This document shows positions 10,753 through 24,402 of a stretch of DNA of 64,000 nt, piece by piece. The notes below the pieces were generated by a model. The model was not told the origin of the DNA. It searched no databases and saw only the letters and a program-made list of their open reading frames with translations. The stretch is from NCBI GenBank assembly GCA_000004985.1, contig GG738847.1; one strand, 5' to 3'. The position numbers were made by a program, and so were the translations under genes. The stretch comes from Naegleria gruberi. Its lineage: Eukaryota. Numbering within the stretch: position 1 is the stretch's first letter; each line of letters opens with the position of its first letter.

Positions 10753-12432
10753 TTATTCTGATTTTTGATAGACAAAATTTAAATATTGACGATAATTGGT
10801 TGGTGTTAAGGTACTGAATGAATTAAATAGTTCAGATCTGAAATCTCCGAGTGGAGGCAATTCACCATCTTTCAAATTCATTCTTGACATTGCTAACTCT
10901 CCACTCAAAGCTACATAGGAACAGCCAGCTGATGCTGCAATAAGTGGATTGGAACATACTGATGCAAATGCTGCTTGGATGGCTCCTGTCATACATCCAA
11001 CACCTGTTAAATGTTGCAAGTTAGGCTCATTGTGGTAAACGTGAATAATATCAGAACCGTCAGAGATTACATCAACTGGTCCTGTCATACAAACAACACA
11101 GCCAAACTTTTGAGCTAATTCCGAGACAACCTTATCCATCTCTGGGAGATTTGATGAATTGGATTCAGAATCAACACCCTTCAACTTGGCAAATCCAGCA
11201 TTTCCATGAATTCTTCCAATCTCACCATAATTTCCTTTCAATATGGTGATTTTATGATTCAATAAAAGTTCCAAAACAGTTGCTTCTCTTGCCTTTGTAG
11301 CTCCATATCCAACAGGATCGAGAATGACTGGTTTACCCAATTCATTTGCACGTTTAGCAGCCAAATGCATAGCCTTAATTGAATATTCATCCAAAGTTCC
11401 AATGTTAATAAGAACACCACTTGCTATTCCAACCATATCACTAATTTCCTCATGATATTGAGACATTACAGGTGAAGCACCAATTGCTAATAAAGAATTG
11501 GCTGTTTGAGTTGTAACAACATTATTGGTGAGATTGTGAATGAGTGGTCTTGTCTTTTTGATATCCAAAAGGGCTTGTACCATTTCTTCTCTAACTCTTG
11601 CCTTATCATTTGATTGATTCATTTGATAATAATTAATAGTACTTCTCAATTCTCTGGATGCTTGAAGAGCACTTTCAGCTCCAACTACACTTGAAACAAC
11701 AGCCACACCGTCCACACCACATTCCATTACTTGAGAAATATTTTCCTTTCCAATACCTCCTATAGCAACAAGTCCAACATGTTTTCCATTTCTTGTGGTA
11801 TGTCTGACATATGAAACTAATTCTTTGAGACCATCCAAACCAACTGCTTGACCAGCATCTTTCTTTGTAAGGGTTGGGAATATTGCATTTGTACCCAAAT
11901 AATCAGCTCTAACATTGTGTGAAAGAGCTTCATCAACTTGGTCAAAAGTGCCAACTGTCAGACCCAAAATCTTTGAATTACCAATCAGTTTTCTAACATA
12001 TTGAGGAGGTAAATCCTTTTGTCCAACATGAACACCATCAGCATCAATAGCAACAGCCAAATCAACACGATCATCAATCAAGAATGGAACTCCATGTCTT
12101 CTACAAATTTTTTGCAAACTTTTAGCTTGTTCCAACATTTGTCTTGTTGTTAATTGTTGTGGATATCTCTTTTCACGATATTGGATAATTGATGATCCTC
12201 CCTCAATGGATTGCTCAACAGTTTCTTCCAAAGAACGTTTTCCCATCTTTTCTGAAATGTCGGAATCTGTAACAACATACAATCCGTAATCAATTTTGGT
12301 ACTATATGAACATTTTTGAAGAGAATTAAATAGTGATGATGATGGCAGCAGGAATTGTCTTGTAGATTTTTGATGGTTTTCTTGTTTTAAAATGTTTTGT
12401 GTAAGCTTGAGAGTTCTTTTTGAAGTTTTCAT
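10753..12432 (-). CDS. THI6: bifunctional thiamine-phosphate synthase / hydroxyethylthiazole kinase (THI6-type ThiE-ThiM fusion)
   Basis: 559 aa. The N-terminal half carries ThiE motifs (LYVVTDS, DADGVHVGQKD, RADYLGTNAIFPTLTKKD, VAIGGIGKENI). The C-terminal half carries ThiM motifs (PLIHNLTNNVVTTQTANSLLAIGASPVMS, VILDPVGYGATKAR, ILKGNYGEIGRI, CMTGPVDVISDG). The order matches fungal THI6. There is a basic ~45-aa N-terminal extension before the ThiE core. Confidence 0.8.
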   Translation of the reverse strand: MKTSKRTLKLTQNILKQENHQKSTRQFLLPSSSLFNSLQKCSYSTKIDYGLYVVTDSDISEKMGKRSLEETVEQSIEGGSSIIQYREKRYPQQLTTRQMLEQAKSLQKICRRHGVPFLIDDRVDLAVAIDADGVHVGQKDLPPQYVRKLIGNSKILGLTVGTFDQVDEALSHNVRADYLGTNAIFPTLTKKDAGQAVGLDGLKELVSYVRHTTRNGKHVGLVAIGGIGKENISQVMECGVDGVAVVSSVVGAESALQASRELRSTINYYQMNQSNDKARVREEMVQALLDIKKTRPLIHNLTNNVVTTQTANSLLAIGASPVMSQYHEEISDMVGIASGVLINIGTLDEYSIKAMHLAAKRANELGKPVILDPVGYGATKAREATVLELLLNHKITILKGNYGEIGRIHGNAGFAKLKGVDSESNSSNLPEMDKVVSELAQKFGCVVCMTGPVDVISDGSDIIHVYHNEPNLQHLTGVGCMTGAIQAAFASVCSNPLIAASAGCSYVALSGELAMSRMNLKDGELPPLGDFRSELFNSFSTLTPTNYRQYLNFVYQKSE

Positions 12433-12716
12433 TTTTTTTAATTGAAGTTTTTTAATTGATTAGATAATTGATTTGAGAATCCATTGAATAGAGAGGCCAG
12501 TTGGAGCCTTAGTTTATTGTAATAAAATTGATTGAGTAATTTTATCATGTTGTGGTTCAATTTAGTAACGTCTTTTAACATGAGCCCAAAAACAAAGCAT
12601 TAATTTTTCAATCATTTTAGATTTTGAAATTAAAGCATTTCGAAGAATGGTATCTTCTTACAGAATCAAAAATTATCACACAAATGAGAAACTTGAATGA
12701 TGATTGAGATTTTCTC

Positions 12717-15700
12717 TTTAGTGATATCTATCAGATTCTTGTGATTGTTGAGTAAGCAATCTTTCATCTTGGGTAGTGAAAGAGGCAGCAGGAGGGTTCA
12801 TAGATGGATTGTATCCACTTGGGAATAATGGATAAATTTGTTGACCAACATTAGCTGCTCCAGCCTAAAATAAGGTGTTAGATTTACAAAATTCAATATC
12901 AAAATTACTTACATAGGATGTAACAGGAATGAGAGGATTCATAGCAGAAGCCATTTGCATAGAGGCCATTGAAGAAGCAGGGTCAAGCAATGGAATAGAG
13001 GAAGTCAAACCATAACCAATGCCATATCTGTGGTTGGTGAACTTCTTTGGTTTTTGCAACTTGACATTACTAATCTTCAAGTGAGACAAAGCACCTTCAA
13101 CAATAAAGTTCTTTTGCATGTAATTATCATTCTTAAAGTGGTGCAATAATAAATTCCACAATGGTTGCTTAGATAATACCTTAGCATTACCAATAATAAT
13201 AAGTCCACATCTAGCACGAGTGAGAGCAACATTCAAACGTCTTGGATCATTCAAGAAACCAATACCTTGGTGATCGTTAGATCTGACACAAGACAAGATA
13301 ATGAAATCCTTTTCTCTACCTTGGAAAGAGTCAACACTGGCAACTTCAATTTCCTTGTAAAGATCAGCATCAGCAGTACCAGCTCTTTGCATATGACTAA
13401 CACAGAAAGCTCTTTGACCTTCATAAGGAGTGACAACACCGAGTTGTTGAGGTCTAACACCAGCCTTTAGCATCTTAGTAACAATCTTTTCTACAATTTC
13501 AGCTTCAGTTCTATTCAAGAATGAAGTACCACTAGCACTGTATTCTTCTTGACTAACAGAATTGTAGAAGAACATTGGAGCATCTGGATGAGGCCATGGG
13601 AAGTCAAGGTGAATTAATCTGTCTTCCTTCTTTACACCATTTTGAAGAGTACCTTCATAGAAAGTATTAGATGGGAATTCTGACAAACATGGATGCATTC
13701 TGTATTGAACTTGGAGACGCATTGGTCTAATACCCAACATGACAAGACGTTCAAATAATGATCTTGACAAGCCAGCACGAGCTGCCTTTTTACACATAAT
13801 AACTGGACCCAATTGACAGTGGTCACCAACGAGAACAACTTGTTTGGCACCCTTAACGATAGGAATTAAACATTCTGGTTCAGTAGCTTGTGTAGATTCG
13901 TCAATGAGGACATATTTAAATTTGAATTCTCTCAATCTGACATCACCTGCACCAACACAAGTGCAACAAATTACATCAGCTGCCTTCAAAATATCTCTTT
14001 CAGTGGATCTCTTCAATATCTTTAAACGTTTCTCTTCAGCAACAGATAATTCTCCATCATCTTCCTTCTTTTGTTGGAGTCTTTGATATTCTTCCTTTTC
14101 CTTAGTCTTATAGAGACGTAATTGATAGTGCAATGTAAGGAAATCAACAGGAGAATTAACAGCTTCTCTGCTTCTGGCACACAATCTTACAACCTTCAAA
14201 CCTGTAGCATGGATCTTTTCAGCTAATTGATCTACAGCAACATTAGAAGGTGCACAAACAAGAACTCTATGTTTGTGCTTGTCAACTAGGTGATAGACAA
14301 TAGAAGCACTGGTAACTGTTTTACCTGTACCAGGTGGACCTTGAATGAGGGAAAGTGGTCTTTGCAAGGCATTCTTAACAGCTTGAATTTGGAAATGATT
14401 GAGTTCTGGAAGTCCAGGAGCAGAATATTTCTTTGGTAAATTAACCTTGAGAACAACTTCCTTTGTAGATTGATTTGGATGTCCAAGCATTTTGTGATAA
14501 AGATAGCTGCTAATACAATTTTCATCAATAGCAAAAGTTCTCATTGCATTTTGCATTCTTTCAAAAGATGTTGGTTTCCAAACAAAATCAACACTAAAAC
14601 CAGTGTTAAAATTAATTGGAGCAGTCTTCTTTTTCAATTCCAAAACAACTTCTTCTTCTTGATTGAATTTGATAACATGACCAATGCCTTCCCAATTAGA
14701 ACCATCTCTTATGTAACGAAGTCTGAGTTCATCACCAGGAACAAGACGTAATTCATTATCATCACGAGTGAAATAAAAGTAAGCCAATAATCTGTGACTA
14801 CTTGTAGTTTCCCAGTGGACTGCAATATTATCCTTAGTTTGGGATTCTTTCATTCTCTTGTCATATTGGGCCTCCAATTGAATGAGAGGGCTAAAAACAG
14901 ATTGATAATGGTATGCATCTTCGTAGAAGAATTGAACAGGAAGAGGATCATCATCAATACCTGGTTTTTCCAAATCATCAATTGAAGCATCAGTATTGCT
15001 TTTCCACAATTCTTCCAATTTGTTAATTTGTTGGGTGGTAACCTTTCTTCCTCTGTTCTTTTCTTCATCAGGTTCTTTGACAAGCCAAGGTAATAATTGA
15101 CGATCTTGAATTAATGGTAACCATGAATCAACATCCCAATCCATTCCTTTCAAGCTATTATCATGCAAGCAAGGTTCTCTGCACAAAAGAACAACTACAG
15201 AATCATTCTTTGCAGGAATAAAACCCAACAAGAAGACATTTCTACATCCACAATTATAACATTCAAGAACAGTATCTCCCAAGTTAGATTCAGGATGTAA
15301 GCTAACTTCCTTGTGTTTTGATTTTACCAAGTGATGAACAATGTGAGAACCATTTGAACCACCTCTACCATTGCAAAACCACTTTTGGCAAATATTACAT
15401 TTAACAACACAAGCAGGATCATGAATTGTACAATACTTGCAAGCATGTTCCGGAAGCTTCTTTTCTAAAACTTCTTCATCCTCTTCATCAAAATTAAGAG
15501 GAGTAGCATACTTGTCAATAAATGAGGTCAAATCATGAGTTTCTTTCTTTTTCTTCTTTTTAGTAAGAGAGGAAGAGCTAGTACTTGATTTAATACCCGA
15601 ACTTGATTGTAATGAATGTTGAGAGAAGGTACTTGGTTGAGTACTTTGTTGAGTATTTAGGAAATCTTGGGAATAAAGTTGAGATTGTGTTGTTGGTTGG

Positions 15701-15966
15701 AATTGACTACTTTGTTGAGTATTTAATTCCTCTACATATTCAAAATTATTATTTCCGTTACTACTAGAATCTTCTGATGAATCGCTTTGGTCATCATTCA
15801 AACCTTCATCATATTCATCATCATCTTCCCCAATAAAATTGGAAGTAACAAATTGGTTTGATTGTGAAGGTTCATTCTCTGGATAGTCATCATCTCCATC
15901 CTCTTGGAATTGGTAGGTGATTACGTTTTGTGAAGAGCCCTCTCCATCACCGTAAAAACCATTCAT
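12717..15966 (-). CDS. UPF1: regulator of nonsense transcripts 1 (UPF1 RNA helicase); 2 exons, 48-nt intron at about 12865..12912
   Basis: The CH-domain Cys/His cluster ([27 protein letters not shown]...HIVHHLV) and SF1 helicase motifs ([28 protein letters not shown]) are present. The track ORF reads through a GTAAGT...TCTAAC...TTTTAG intron. Splicing it gives an SQ-rich C-terminal tail ending ...QESDRYH, as expected for UPF1. Confidence 0.9.
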
Positions 15967-16137
15967 TTTTTTTAAAGCTATTTTAAATTTTTATTTTAAT
16001 TTTATTGTATTAGCAATTATTTGCATGATACATTTGCCTTTATTGATGAAGATATCACACTTTGATAACAATATTTGTCACCTAAGATCATTTACAAAAG
16101 TTAATTCATTAATTTAAACTTAATTTATGTGATTAAT

Positions 16138-19100
16138 TTATTCATCTTTTCTTGGTGAGGTTTCTTCAACTTCCAAATCTCCTTCTTCATCTGAAACGGC
16201 TCCTCCTTCAGAGTTTTGGTCATCTTCAAATCCACCCTCATTTCTCAATACATTTTCTCTAACAATTTCCATTAGATCCTCTTTAGATAAGAGACCTCTT
16301 TCGTGGTGATGATCTTTCAAAAGGTAGGTTGAACACATACCCTTTCCTTTCACATCCAAGTTTCGTTCTTCAAATTCTAGACCCAAATCGTGTACTCTTT
16401 CATAGGAAGGTCTTGATAATTGGATACGACCTGGTTTTGAATTTGATTCCATTCTCGAGGCTGTATTAATAGTATCACCCCAGAAATCATAGGCAAACTT
16501 TTTAGTACCAATTACACCTGCAATAACAGGTCCTGTATTGACACCAATTCTGATATTAATTTGAGGAGTGCTTTCAATATCATTGACATTCATACAGTTT
16601 GCAAAGAGTCCCTTATTGTAATTACGAATAACAGTGAGAGTGTCAATACTGAACCGAAGCATTCTTTCAGGGTGATCTGATTGAGAATTTCCGTGAATAC
16701 CACCAACACAAAAGTATGCATCACCAATTGTTTTGACCTTCTCCAAGTGATACTTGTCAGTTAATGCATCAAATTCATTCACAATTGCATTCAGCATCAA
16801 AACTAATTCATTGGCTTGCATGTTACTTGAAATTCTTGTAAATCCAACCATATCAGAGAAAAATACTGAAACATCATTAAACTTTTCAGCAATAAATGTT
16901 TCACCTGTTTTTAACCTCGCAGCAACAGCATCTAAAAATGTTAAATTATAAATAAAATAATTAATATAAACATACCAGGCATAATATTTCTTAATAAGGC
17001 TTCAGATTTCTTCTTTTCTTCAGCAAGAAGGGCATTTTGCTTCTTTTCAGGGGTAATATCCTTAATGAAACAGGAAATAACTGGCTTTCCATTGAATGAT
17101 GTAACAAAAATATTGAGCTTGGATGAGAAGGACGACCCATTCTTTCTCATACACTCAACTTCAATAGTTTCTCCTTTTTGAGCAGCAGAGTTTGTACTAA
17201 GGAGGAAATCGACTGATTTGGCAACTTTCTTTCCCTCGCTTGCATCAAACAAAGAATATAGAGATGCACCAGCAACTTCATTTGCTTGAACACCAAACAT
17301 TCTCTGAGCAGATGGATTGATATACTCGAGACTAAAGTCATCGTTTGATTGCTTACAGAGACAAACACCATCAACAGCCGAGTCGAGAATACCAGTCAAC
17401 TTTGAAGTTGAATCATCCGTAACCTTCTTCTTTGAGAATCTATTGACAGCGTTTGGTAATTGGTGATTAAGGACAAATGATTTGAGTTCATGTGAGGATT
17501 CAATTTGATCTTCTGGAATGTAGTTCAACATCATTCTTAATTGCTTTTGATTACTTTCATAATTAAGAACTGTATTGTGAATCAAGTAGGCAAGTATAAT
17601 TGTAGATACAGCAGCAAATACTGTATAAATTAATATTAAGGTCAAATCATAAACAGTATTTGCAATGATAAGTTCACAAATTTGAACAAGATACAATGTA
17701 ATACTCTGAGTTTTTCTTGTAAGAGTGACCAAATTGGAAAATGATACTGGCTCTGTATAGATCTTTAGGTAATCGTTAAACCTTTTCATATTAACCATGT
17801 GAGCTGATACATCAGCAGACAAACCAACATAATCCACACATGAAGTAACATTTGTTAAAACAGATTCTGAACAATTAGTTCCCTTCAATATAGCATCTAC
17901 TTCAGGGTAGACTCCAACTAATGGATCAACACCTTGTGATGTATCACCATAGAATAAACTGTTCCAGCTACTGTAAAATGAGGGATATAAGTTATCCACC
18001 AATTTTGAAATTCCTACAACTTCATCTTGGCTTAGTAAATGTGAGGGTGTTATGGACATATTGTACTTGGAGAAGGTGGTGTAGAGGAATGTTTCTCTAA
18101 TAGAAAATTCCATAAGTTGCAATGTGCTCATTAAGCTAATTCCATCTCTGATGCTATACATATTTTGAAGAATGGTGTTTGCTTGATTCTTCAAATCTAG
18201 GAAAGCAACCACTAAAGCTATACAGCAAATAACTGTCAATATTATGGAAGAGGCAGAAACAATGTACTTTGGATTGGAAAATTTGGAGGGCAAACTTCCC
18301 AAGCCGTCATCATCAACTTTCTTTGACAAGTCATGGAATACCTTACCAGAAATATCTTTTGGAATGACTTTTGAATACATTCTGATAGCCCTCTCCAATA
18401 ATCCCAACCTAATAAAGGAAAATATGAAAAATAGAACACACAATGAAAAATATGTTGCTATGGCTACAGCAAAGTATTTCAAGAACAGATCTTGACTTCC
18501 AACTGATGCAGTACCCACACTAGTAATGAGAGTACTACAGAAAGTCTGGTAAGCAGTGGATGCAGTCAATCCATTGAGCCATAAAAACATGAATGAGAAT
18601 GTACTAGTTTCAGTAAGTAAATAATTCTTTTTTTCCCATTGTCTATCAAAATTTTCAAGTTCTGCATTCGTGATATCAATAATAGATGAATTTACAACAG
18701 TAGGAACAATAAAGAGAGTAGTATTTTCCTGTAGCTTTGGATAGATCAAATGGTGGGCAGGTTTGGAAAACTCTGTGTAAATTTGCTTTGTTAGGTCTTC
18801 TTGGAGTACTGTTGATCTCATGTTGGCGAGAATTTGTCTTGATTCTAGCCAAAAGTTTGTAGTTTTTGTTATGTCAACAGCTGCACCAGGATCATCTCTT
18901 GCAAAATACATTTGTCTCATTCTCAACTTGTTCAATCCATTCAAAACTGCTACGGCTGGTAAGCAAACAGTATCAACCAGAGGAACATAAGCAATAGTAT
19001 TTCCAACAAGTTGTGTTTCCAAGACGATACTTGAAACCAACAAACCTAATCCAATTACAATTAATATGACATAGAATACTTTCAATATAAGGTTAGAGGT

Positions 19101-21218
19101 TGGATTGGAAAGGGCGATGTTAATCATTGAATTCTTCTTTTTCACATCATCGATGGCAGTTCCTAACATATTTTCAATATCTTCAAGAGTTTCCTCAGCT
19201 CCCAAGTCTCTCTGGAACTGATCATGGCTCATTGAGATTGAACTTCTAGAACCAGTTACAGACATATTATTAGGTAAAGGAACAATTTTGTTTTTGGAAG
19301 CTCTGATACCAGCATTGTCTAGTTTACGAGCAATTTTAGCTTTGCGTCTACCTTCATCCTCCTCAATAATTGATGCCTCTGCAAAGAGCTCTTCTGCCTG
19401 ATCCTTGTTGAAACAAAGTTCTTCCAAGAATTTGCCATACATTCTCAAGAGATTCTTGTCATTCTTTCCTGAACTAGTACTGAGAAGGTTGACAAATATT
19501 TCATTACTTTTTTCGGTAAGTTCAGCAATACATCTATTGATGGTTTCAATCTTGATGAGATCTGTATTTTGAGCAATCAATTCTTTCCAAAATTGTTTGT
19601 GTAAAGCATATAGCCTCTTTTGTTGTTTTTCAAGTTTTTCAATGATATTCTTGTGTTCTGCTTTTACTATTGACTCAGAGTCTTTGGTATTGGCAGAGTC
19701 AAGGTCCTTTAATCTCTGTCTTAATTTCAATCTAGTAATAATATTTGGTCTTTGTTTCAATCCTCTTGTCAATAGTATGTTTGCGTAAGTGGTATTATTT
19801 GGTTGACCTTGGCAATAGTATGAATAGATCATTGAACATAACATTAATAATGGTGGATTGACAAACATCTTATTTGCTGAAATTCCTTTTGTAAATGAAA
19901 TTGCTAAAGTAATATCATCATATTCATCTGCCTTTCTCTTTGATTTGAAGGCAAATCTAAGGAACATGGTCAATTTTCTTAGATCATTATTGGACTCAAA
20001 GTATTGCATCAATGAAACAGCTTCCTTCTCCATGGCATCCATTTCATCATGATGAGCATGTTCGTCGTTGTTCATTCTGGCATAGAAATTACTTCTGACA
20101 GTATGGCAAATTACTCTTGTATAAATTTCCATTATAACAAAGCCAATAACAAAGCAAATCAAAATAAGTGCTAGACAAACACCACTCATTCCTAGTCCCA
20201 AATCCCAAGCTGATGTTGTATTGACAGAGGAACTGATAATTGCACCCAAGCTGGATCCAACTCTAGCAAATGCAATACCTGCAAAGATTGAGTTGTTTAC
20301 TCTGCTAAAGAATGGTGTCTCAATAAATAAGATGGGAACATAAAGTGCGGAAAACACCAAATGGAAAGCAGCTCTAACATACATTAAACTAGATGGAATA
20401 AAGTAAGGGATTACCAATTGAATAGTGTTTGAAACAATGAGTGGTACCTTATAGAAAGTGCTATCGGCAGTGAATAAAATTGAACTCAATGGATTGCATT
20501 CATTGGATGTCAAGACACTGAATGAAGTGATACCACAGATTACCAACATATTCAACAAGCCGAATACCAAAAAAATAATGTTCATCGTTCCGTAACACTT
20601 CTCTGTACTGTATCTTGTGAGTGTTCTGAATACTTGTGCATGGTCAACCATCAAGTTGTCACTACAGTCTGCAAAACTAGATATTACAAATGAGGCGAAC
20701 ATACTAGTGTAGAGCACTACTTTAGCCCACACAATGATAACTGGCCTAATCTTTTCTGTTGATGGGCTGGCATTTTCAATTGCCTTCCTTGCAAACATGA
20801 AATAATAACCAAAAAAAAGTACATTTAGAACCAAACTAGCAAACATAATCACTACTGCAGCAATATATGGCAATCTGAAAACTGCTAATGTGATAGGATA
20901 GTTCAAAATTTCAAATATCCATGCACCGTATTCTCCCCAATTATAGTTTCCTATTGTTGGAATAAGTATGGAACAATAAATGAGGTAAACATTGAGAACA
21001 GCATCCAATAGAAATGATTTCCACCCTTTCGTTTGTCTTCTGTCTTGAAGGGAAATTAAAGCATCAGTTAGTGTTGTAAAGACTGAATTGAAAGCTGACT
21101 TCTTCTCTTGCTCAATTGCTGTTAATGATGTTGAGGCAGAGGACTCAATTAGTGACCTAGCACCCTTTCCAACCTCACTTCTGGGACCTTTCTTCATCGC
21201 TAGAACAGACTGATTCAT
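16138..21218 (-). CDS. multi-pass membrane adenylyl/guanylyl cyclase with PAS domain; 2 exons, 44-nt intron at about 16932..16975
   Basis: Exon 1 (16976..21218) encodes two clusters of predicted TM helices, a coiled-coil/charged linker, a second TM block, and a PAS-like region (LDSAVDGVCLCKQSNDDFSLEYINPSAQRMFG...). Exon 2 encodes a class III cyclase catalytic domain (FSDMVGFTRISSNM...KVKTIGDAYFCVGG...FAYDFWGDTINTASRMES). The phase-1 splice ...NIMP(G)|gtatgt...ttttag|(AT)AVAARL restores the frame. Confidence 0.8.
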
Positions 21219-21301
21219 GCTTTTTTTTATGTAGTTGTTTTTATGAGATATAAGATATCATTTGATGGGAGTTAAAATAATTGACTACAAACATTAGAGC
21301 A

Positions 21302-24301
21302 CTAATGAAAAGATTCATTAAAGTTGTCAAGAAGAAATGTCTTAATCTCTTGCAATGTTCTGTCCGAAAAGTTAAAGTTGTAAAATTTAGAAAGAGCAGA
21401 ATGAATTTTGGCGCGTCTTTGGCTGTCAGCAACTTCTTTCGTTGATGGCTCCAATATTTGTAATTGCGTTGTATTCATCAATTGTTTGATCTCTTCAGCT
21501 TTGCTTTCGGCCACTCTTATCACATCAATCGGGAAATCAGCAAGTTTAGCAACTTCAATACCAAAGCTATTACTGTTTTCTGTAATGGCTTCTTCGTTAT
21601 CTGTTACTATTTGATATAACATGACAAGCCTATTGTCAATAATCCTATCAAACATTAATGGCCAATATTCAAAATAGTACTTACTTTGAATCCATTCTTT
21701 CATTACAAATTGCTGGGAACTTCTCAATTAAAGCTCTCAATTCGTGGAAGTGAGTTGCAAACAAAGTGAAAGCATTTGTGCTGTCCATTAGGTGTTCAAT
21801 GATTGCATAAGCAAGACCAAAACCGTCATAAGTCTATTTCAATAATATATTAAAAAGGTAAATAAAGAAAGAGATTTTCTATCAATACCTACCGATGTTC
21901 CTCTTCCCAACTCATCTACAATAATAAGAGATTTAGAAGTAGCTGTTGACAGGAGTGCAGCAGTTTCTAACATTTCAGCCATGAATGTACTAATGCCTCT
22001 TTGAGTAGAATCTGATGCACCAACTCTGGAAAGAATTGCATCTCTTACAGTGACGATACTACCCTCTCTTGCAGGGATAAAACAACCAATTTGAGCCATA
22101 ATCACATTGATTGCCACTTGTCTGATAAATGTAGATTTACCTCCCATGTTTGGACCAGTTATTAAATGTAATTGATGTTGTGAGCGATCTAAGATGCATG
22201 TATTCTCCTTAAAGTCTACAGAATCCTGAATCTCTACAACAGGATGTCTACAATCGTAAAGAATAATTTCTTCTTCTTCATAATCTATTGGTCTTATGAT
22301 AGGTCTAGTGTATGGAATGGCAGCATTTACAGAAACAGATGCAAAAGAGATGAAAATATCAATACTTGCCAAGGTTTCTCTGAGTTGTGTAAATGCAGGT
22401 GCAAAAGTTGTTACAACTTCTCTTATTTTTTGGAGAGTCTCTTGAGATTTGCTTTCATATTGCTCAAGAATGTCAATATATGATTTGGCTAGTTCCTTCA
22501 ATGTATCATTAGTAAACTTGACATCTGATTTAGACTGTGGACCTATTAAAGTATAATTTGTTGCACCGGTCAAAGCATTTGCCTGTGCCTTTTTAACTTT
22601 GAAACAAACACTCTTTTTTGTCATTTCTAAAAACAACTCATTAACATTCAAATCATTTTCAACTGATTTACATTCTTCATCACATTGTGAAATAATTTCA
22701 TTGAGATCATTCATCAATTTTTCTAGTTCTGCATCAATTTTACAATTAATTCTGTATTCATGTTTCTCGGTTGCCTCCATATCTATAATACTGATGACCA
22801 TTTGCAAAAAACTTTGTAGATCAGCATAATTAGAATCTAAATGCACCATCAAGTCCATATACAAGTTGTCTTTTACAAATGATTTTTCATTCCTGACTCT
22901 GTTCATAACTTCTTTCACGGCAGGAACTTGCTGTACACAAATATATAATTTTACAATATCTTCTATAGTAACTCTCTGCTTTACAACCCTGATTAAAATC
23001 TTATCAAGATCAGGAACCTTTTTAAGAAGCTCCTTGATTTCTTCTCTTAATTCGTTTTCTTCAGCGAATATTTGAACCATGTCTAATCTTTTCTCGATTT
23101 CTGAATGACTTGTTAGAGGTTGTCTAATCCATTCTCTCAATAATCTCGCTCCAGGTCTAGTTACACATTGGTTTAATAAACCAAACAGAGAAGTATTCTT
23201 GGATCTATCGTTTGGTGGTGGTAAGATGTTCAATGAAGAGACACAAGTACTATCTAACTTCATGAATAAGGATATTTGTTGGGATTTTGTTTTGTAGTGT
23301 GAATAATTATTAATATCATCCAATAATTCTAAATAATCTAAAAGGGCCTGAGTAGAATTTGCAACATGTTCTTCATTAAATTCTAAATTCATAACTCTTT
23401 CTTCACCAGTTAATCTACAAATGTCAGCCTCCAAAGTACTTTTCTTTACAAAATCTGATTTTTTACGTTCAGTTTCTAGAATGTTACTTCTTCTGAGAAC
23501 GTCCTTAAGTCTTTCAGAGTCAGGATCATTCTTTTGATAAAATACGAGAGCTTCCTTTGTTTCAATTTGAGAAAGAGTAGAATCCAAGTTTGCCAACTGA
23601 TCACTATCGGTGAATGAACAGAATCCAATAGTTCTAAGTGTAGTATCAGCGAATGCCAGGCCTATCTTTCTCTCATTTAATTCCTTCTTGATATAGATGG
23701 CACACACCACACCTGTTTGAGAATCATTTTCCAGAAGCTCCTCGAATTCTTGTAAATTACCTGGAGAAGCAGATTTTAAACATTCATATTTATCTTCACT
23801 CCAAATTTCCACTCTCTTTCCGTGATTCAATAATAAACCTCTGACATATTGATGGAAGTGTGACTGCTTCAATGTAATGAAAGGAAGCCCATTATATTTT
23901 TTACCATCTTCTGTTTTATAAGGATTAGTACGATCAATAACACCTTTGTGTGTAAAAAGTTTAAAGTATCCTGTTTTACAAAAGTGTCTATCAATAAACC
24001 ATGCATCATGACCATGAACGTCATAAGTAAATTGCGATTCAGGATCATCTGCTTTGGCATCCCTTTTTTTTCTTTGAATAAAGACAATAGTATTTTTCTT
24101 TGCTTCATTGGTCTCTATCTTCAAATACATGTCAACAAATTTTTGGTTTTCTGTTGTGACTACTTTTGTTTCATCCTCTAATTGTGGTGTTGTTGATTCA
24201 TCGTCACTATCTTCCTTTTTCTTTTTACTTTTACTACTAGAAGCCGATGATGCTTTCCGCTTGGTTCCTGTTGTGGTTGTTGATTTTTTGCGTGGAGGCA
24301 T
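21302..24301 (-). CDS. MSH2: DNA mismatch repair protein MSH2; 3 exons, introns at about 21834..21902 (69 nt) and 21645..21684 (40 nt)
   Basis: The MutS ATPase motif [16 protein letters not shown] is present. The N-terminal region [13 protein letters not shown] matches the MSH2 connector. After removing the two short introns the C-terminus reads ELGRGTS|[15 protein letters not shown]...FATHFHEL...MLYQIVTD...[13 protein letters not shown], which matches the MSH2 C-terminal helix-turn-helix. Confidence 0.85.
21408..21417. promoter_or_regulatory. E2F-like TTTGGCGCG element
   Basis: GGCGC-containing motif in an otherwise AT-rich region, about 190 bp upstream of the cyclase ATG. It also lies inside the MSH2 3' exon, so function is doubtful. 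Confidence 0.15.
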
Positions 24302-24342
24302 TTTTTAAATTTTTAACTTCTAGAATTTGGAAGAATGAAAAT

Positions 24343-24351
24343 TTTGGCGCC
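24343..24351. promoter_or_regulatory. E2F-like element TTTGGCGCC, 41 bp upstream of the MSH2 start codon
   Basis: Matches the TTTSSCGC E2F consensus. MSH2 is a classical E2F target. GGCGCC is rare in this AT-rich window. Confidence 0.35.
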
Positions 24352-24402
24352 GTTTGTGAAATATTATTAGTTTGTTGAAACAAGCTGAAAGAGAAACTTT
24401 AT

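Noticed and set aside
16941-17010. C-terminal tail ...GMFILIILFII of the big track ORF
   Set aside because: This is a read-through of the 44-nt intron. The real protein continues into the cyclase exon.
21302-21727. Track [15 protein letters not shown]... annotated as a separate 141-aa protein
   Set aside because: It is the last exon of MSH2 read from a spurious upstream start. The true reading enters after a 40-nt intron.
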